Translations under genes and position numbers: made by a program
Assembly: GCF_009834535.1 (NCBI RefSeq)
Contig: NC_045697.1
Span: 90,646,001-90,710,000 of the forward strand
Origin: Camelus ferus
Taxonomy: Eukaryota
Direction of reading: 5' to 3'
DNA: 64,000 nt
Notes under the pieces: model-generated
Told to the model about the DNA's origin: nothing
What the model saw: the letters and a program-made list of their open reading frames with translations, nothing else
Database searches by the model: none
Shown: one piece after another, positions 58,782 through 64,000 of the stretch
Position numbering within the stretch: position 1 is the stretch's first letter
Layout: each line of letters begins with the position of its first letter

Positions 58782-59239
58782 CATAAATATATGGGTAAAT
58801 CTAAATATTAAATGTATTAAACAACACTATCTTGATCATTATATGAGTTATGATGTGTGAAAACAGGAATTAGTATTATTAAAAAATACATAACTAAACT
58901 AGATTCTAAGTTGAGAATCTTATTTTGTCTCAGATGCTCTTCTTCCTTGGCAGTAACAAAAATAAAATGCATCTAAGTTTATATTAGACAGCTGCTAAGT
59001 GAACTTACATATAGACACAGACATACAGATGCACATGTCTAAAATCAACTTCCTAGATGTCTAATACATTTGTGTATTTATTTTTTGATACATAGGGGTC
59101 TATAACATCTTTTTCATCACCTGTGACATATCCTATAGATCCTTCTTTATGCCCATTATTCCTTTTAACATTAAATTCCTCTTATCTGATAATGAAGAAT
59201 CTGGTTCCAAGTTAAAATCCTATGTGTGACCCCTCAGGT

Positions 59240-59795
59240 TCAACAGGCAATTACATAGGTTTTGCCTAGACAGCCTCATGGGGCCAAACTGCGTTCCCCC
59301 CATCAGACTTGGAGCACAGCCAGATCACTGCATTCTCTAGGGGAGTTGCAATCAAGGCCTCTGATACCCATTCCCACCCTAGGCCATCATCATTTCTAGC
59401 CCAATCACCTCCATTCAGAGGCCCCTTTATAGAGGAACCTCCATCAAGACTTCTTTATCAGGGAACCTTGACTAAGACACTTTCTCCTCTGACAGAGAAC
59501 TTTTCCACTTCTAGCCATCATGCCTTTTCCTCCTCCCAAACCCCAAGTCCATACATGATAGTAGCCTTTTGATCGGTGCTCTTAAGCAGTAAGACATTTC
59601 CACCTGTCTGCACTGCCTGTCATCTGATGACCCACGCCCACTGCCATTCCATGGAGAAAAAACAGAACTCTGAGAAGCTAGCACTTTTTTTTTCTTTACC
59701 TCTCGTGTATAGTAGCACAAAAAATGAATAAAATATTATTACTTTTAGTTTGGCTCATTGTCCTAATTGACCACACTGACACATGACAGCTTAAC
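59240..59795 (+). mobile_element. Possible ERV solo-LTR fragment (family not recognised)
   Basis: C-rich unique-looking block, AATAAA near 59726 and a terminal ...cttaaca; 5' end and TSD not found. Confidence 0.4.
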
Positions 59796-60497
59796 AGTTA
59801 ATTCTTCACTTTCCTCTTTTTTGATTTTCACTGACCTGGTATTTCGATTTTTTTTTAATTAAAGTATTATATCCACATTCCAGACAGAAAAAAAGGACAA
59901 AAGGGGAAGGGCAAATGAGGTCTACCCATTTGGCAAATTAAATGAAAAAAAAAAATGGAACCTTTTCTGGAACCCACACTCAGCAATTTTCACCAAAATG
60001 CCATTCACCAGAACTTAATTTTAAGGATACTCCATCACCTTGGTAACCTAGGAAATTTAGTTTTGCAGATTGTACCTTGCTATCTCCAACAAAATTGAAA
60101 ATCCATTAATAAGGAAGTGAGAACGTATATGGCATGGGCAAAATTAGACGTAGTAAGGACATAGAAGAACAGCACTGTTAACGTGATTCAATTATTCCAT
60201 CCCTCAAACAGAATTTAGATCTACTTCCACATGTTCATGGAATGTTTACCAAAAAATGATTATATATATGTATGTATATATATGGCCAAGAGAAGAAAAT
60301 TTTGGGCCACATCCTCTAATCATAAGCCAATAAATAATCTCAAAATTTGGAAATTCAGAATGAAAGCAGAATATGTATGTACCAGAGAAGAAAATATATA
60401 GGAAATTACTGTCCAGAAACCAATGAAAAGGAGAATACATCATACAAAGACCAACAGGGTAAATGAAAACAGTACTGAGGAAAATTCACACCTGTAT

Positions 60498-61424
60498 TGT
60501 TAAAACCTCAGTTTTTCCTCCTATGTCTTTCTTTCCTTTGTGTCTCCTTTATTCTCACACTCACAACAGTTCTGATATCAAATGTATAGGGATTTCCCCC
60601 ACAAACAAGCAATTCTCCACAACAGCTGGATGTCCTACCATTTAACTCAACTCTGAGACTACATACTTGGACACAGAGTCAGATTCCACAGGTTAAGGGC
60701 TTACTCTCACAGGGCTACTCCCCACTTCAGATGCCAATCGCAAGTCACAGGTCCCCAGGTTACCAACAACTTCTGTCTGACCTAGTTACAATTTGGAGGT
60801 TCCCATGATTAATTTGCTAGAATGGTTCACTGAACTCATGGAAACACTTACATGTGTTTATCAGTCTATTAAATGATATGATAAAAGATGTAGATGAACA
60901 GCCAGATGAGATAAATAGGGCAAAGCCTGGGAGGGTCCAGAGCACAGGAACTTTTGTCCCAGTGGAGCTGGGTGCAGTACTCTCCTCATGTGGATGCTTT
61001 CACCAACACAAAAGTTCTCCAGAGCCCCTATAACTGGGATTTTATAGAGGCTTCCTCGCGTAGTCATGATCAACTATTAACCCCATTTCCAGCGCCTCTC
61101 CTCTCTCTTGAGGAAGGGGGAGTGGGACTGAAAGTTCCGAGCTTCTAATCATGGCTGGGTCTTTCTGTTGACCAGCCCACAGCCAGGAGCCATCCAGAAG
61201 CCCAACCAGAGTCACCTCAGTAAAACACATAATGCTCCTCGTGCTTTTATCATATAGGAACTTACAAGGGTTTTAGGAGCCTTGTGGCAGGATGGGGTAA
61301 AAAGCAAATATTAGAACGAGAGATGCTCTTGTAACATAGGAAATTAAAAGGGTTTGAGGAACTCTGTGCCAGGAACCAGGGGCAGAGACTAATATATACA
61401 TATATCTTTTTCTATTATCTCACA
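60498..61424 (-). mobile_element. MER21-like ERV solo LTR inserted in an old L1
   Basis: TG...CA termini; reverse complement begins tgtgagataatag...cccctggttcctggcacagag; internal ccccacttcagatgccaatcgcaagt. Confidence 0.85.
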
Positions 61425-61784
61425 ATAGCCTTAAACAATTTTGTTTTTAGAGAGAAAAAAATGAAAAAAGGCATAAGCACTCATCATTAAAAATAGAAAA
61501 AAATGAATCAGGAAGATAAAAAACTAAAAAAGGTAAAACTGAACTTAATAACAATAGCAAAGATAAATTTAAAGCTTTATTACATAAACTAATAAAATAA
61601 ATACACTCCTTAGTAGACAAAACAAGAAATGAAAAAGGAGACAAATACAGATTTAAGAGAAATTTTAAAAGACAAATTGTTCTAATCAGTAATTGCAAAT
61701 TTGAAAATCTAAAGAAAAGGAATTCAGGCAAAACATGAACTACTAACACTGACCAAAAAAGAAATGGAAATTTTGAGACACAGG

Positions 61785-64000
61785 TGACTGAGGCCAAGAC
61801 AGTGGAATAGGAAGACACTGAGCTCACCTCCTCCCACAGGCACACCAAAATTACAACCATTTATAGAGCAACCAGTGATGAGAATGACCTAAAGCCTAGC
61901 ATAAAAGACATTCTACAAGTAAAGATATAAAGAAGGAACCACAATGAGACAGATAGGAGGGGCAGAAATGTGATATATTTAAGATCCACAATGGGAGAAT
62001 AAGTACAATTGCAGAGGTCCTCACCAAGAAGCAAAGGGTAACAAGCCCACTGTGGGCTCTGTAGCCCGGGGGACTTGCACTGGAAGATGATCTTTCAGAA
62101 CACTTAGCTTTGAAGGCCAGTGGGGCCCACTTTTAGTAGAGCCAGAGGGCCGTGGGAAATAGTCTCCACTCTTAAAAGGTATACACAAAATCTAACATGC
62201 TCCAAGATGCAGAAAAGAAGCAGTAATTTGAAAGGAGACTGGGTCAGGCCCACTTGAAGATCTTGGCCTCCTGGAGAGACAGAAGGCATTGGGACTCACC
62301 CTGAGAACACAGGAGGAAGCAGCCACTCTGGGGAACTCATCCTATGACAAGGACACTGGTGAAGTCAAGCACCATTTTTGAATCCTTCCCTAGTTTATTA
62401 GTGACCGAACTCAGCCCTGCCCACTAGCCAGTTGGCACTAGTCCTGGGATAACCCAAGCCAAGAAGCTAGGTGGGCAGGAATACAGCCCAGACCACCAAA
62501 GGGCCCAGGACCCAGCCCAAATAGCCACTGGTTAGCACAAGGCCTGATACTGCCTGACCCCAACCCTGCTCACCAATGGACCAACTCCAGTTCCGGGACT
62601 ACCAGGGCACTGCAGCAAAGATACTGGGCCCTGGCCCTGCCCATCAGTGGGTGGACAGTAGCCATGACACCACCATGGTCCCACAGAGCCAGCCACATTA
62701 AGACCCAGCCCACCCACCAGAAGGCCTGTGCCAACTCTGGGAAAACTTGGGTGTCTTAGCCAGCAGCCCTGGGATCTGGTCTCACATATGAGCAAGCCAA
62801 CACCACTCCCAGGATTTCCCTGGGCCACAGCCCCACACACCACAAGGCCAACACTAGCTCCAGAACACTGGAGCCAGCCATGCCTGGACTGAGCCCTGCC
62901 CACCAGTAGCTGGCAGCCTCTGCCCAAGGTAGGGGCTGGCAATTAGCCTGTCCTGGGGCCAGCCATGCCGACCAGTGCCCACAGAGAACACAGCCAGCCA
63001 CAGCAGAATGGCCCACACAGCCCACATAAAGGGCACCTACAGAGCATGCAGAGGTAAGTGCACTGCCTGGCCCCATAAAATGTCTCCTTCATAAGGCTAC
63101 TCCTCCAAGATCAGGAAACATAAATAACCAACAAACACCTAGAAATAAAAACAGAGAATTAGGCAAAATGAGGCAACAGAGGACTATGTTCCCAACAAAG
63201 AAATAAGGTAAAACCTCAGAGAAGAAATAAGTGAAGAAGAAATAACCTCAGACGAAGAAATAAGTAATCTAATCAATAAAGAATTCAAGGTAATGATTAA
63301 AAGATTCTCAAAAAAACTTGGGAGATGAATGGATGAACACAGTGAGAAGTTAGAAGTTTCTAACACAGACTTAGAAAATTAAAAACAAGGAAACAGAGCT
63401 GAGGAATAAAATGACTGGAATTAAACATACACAGAATGAATCAACAGTAGATTAAATGACACAGGGGAATGGATCAGCAAACTGGAAGACAGAGTAGTGG
63501 AAACCACTCAAGTTGAACAGAAAGAAGAAAAAGGAATTTTTTTTTAAAGGGGATAGTTTAAGGGACCTCTGTGACAACAAGTATAATAATATTCACATTA
63601 TTGGAGTCCCAGAAGAAGAACAGAGACAGAAGGAGCAAAGAATATATTTGAAAACATAAGAATTGAAAACTTCTGAAATCTGGAGAGAAAAAAGGCATCG
63701 AGATACAGAAAGTATAGAGTCAGAAACAGGATCAACCAAAAGAGGACCACAAGGGATATACAAGGGATCTCCCATAAGGCTATCAGATGACTTTTCAGCG
63801 GAAACTCTAAAGGCCAGAAAAGAAGTGGCACAGTATATCTGAAACAATGAAAGGGGAAAACCTAGAACCTAGAACACTCTAGGTAGGGCTATCATTCAGA
63901 TTTGAAAAGGAGATAAAAAGTTTTACAGATAAGAAAAATCTAAAGGAGTTCAGTACCACCAAACAAGCTTTACAAGAAATGTTCAAGGGATTTCTCTAAG
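61785..64000 (+). mobile_element. L1 5' end (5' UTR with GC-rich degenerate repeats plus disrupted ORF1), running off the window
   Basis: caagacagtggaataggaagacactgagctcacctcctcccaca start; ORF1 ATG at 63168; IIGVPEEE and LSDDFSAETLKAR motifs. Confidence 0.9.

Noticed and set aside
62532..63076. Minus-strand ORFs of 136 and 106 aa as a new gene
   Set aside because: They lie antisense in the GC-rich repetitive L1 5' UTR, where stops are scarce, and show no recognisable protein features.

Overview
Mammalian genomic DNA, AT-rich and CpG-depleted. It is probably a camelid, inferred from two tRNA-derived SINEs resembling the camelid vic-1 family. Bases ~8-41.5 kb carry coding exons 2-19 of HSPA4L (Hsp110 family, APG-1/Osp94) on the + strand. 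All 18 exons were traced by hand: every junction is GT-AG, the frame is continuous (2416 nt in the window including the TAA), and the protein ends ...GEMEVD*. Exon 1 and the promoter lie upstream of the window. A 3' UTR with several poly(A) signals follows. From ~48 kb to the end the sequence is almost entirely nested retroelements: a near full-length decayed L1, other L1s, a MER21-like LTR and a Tigger-derived MITE. I found no evidence of a new multi-gene system, CRISPR array or RNA gene. The most interesting items are small: a palindromic NF-kB/TonE-like site in intron 1, a duplicated splice donor after exon 15 that would add a stop codon, a fossil pogo/Tc2 transposase in intron 12, and several unusual retrotransposition scars. 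Repeat family names and human comparisons come from memory, not from a search; repeat boundaries are approximate.
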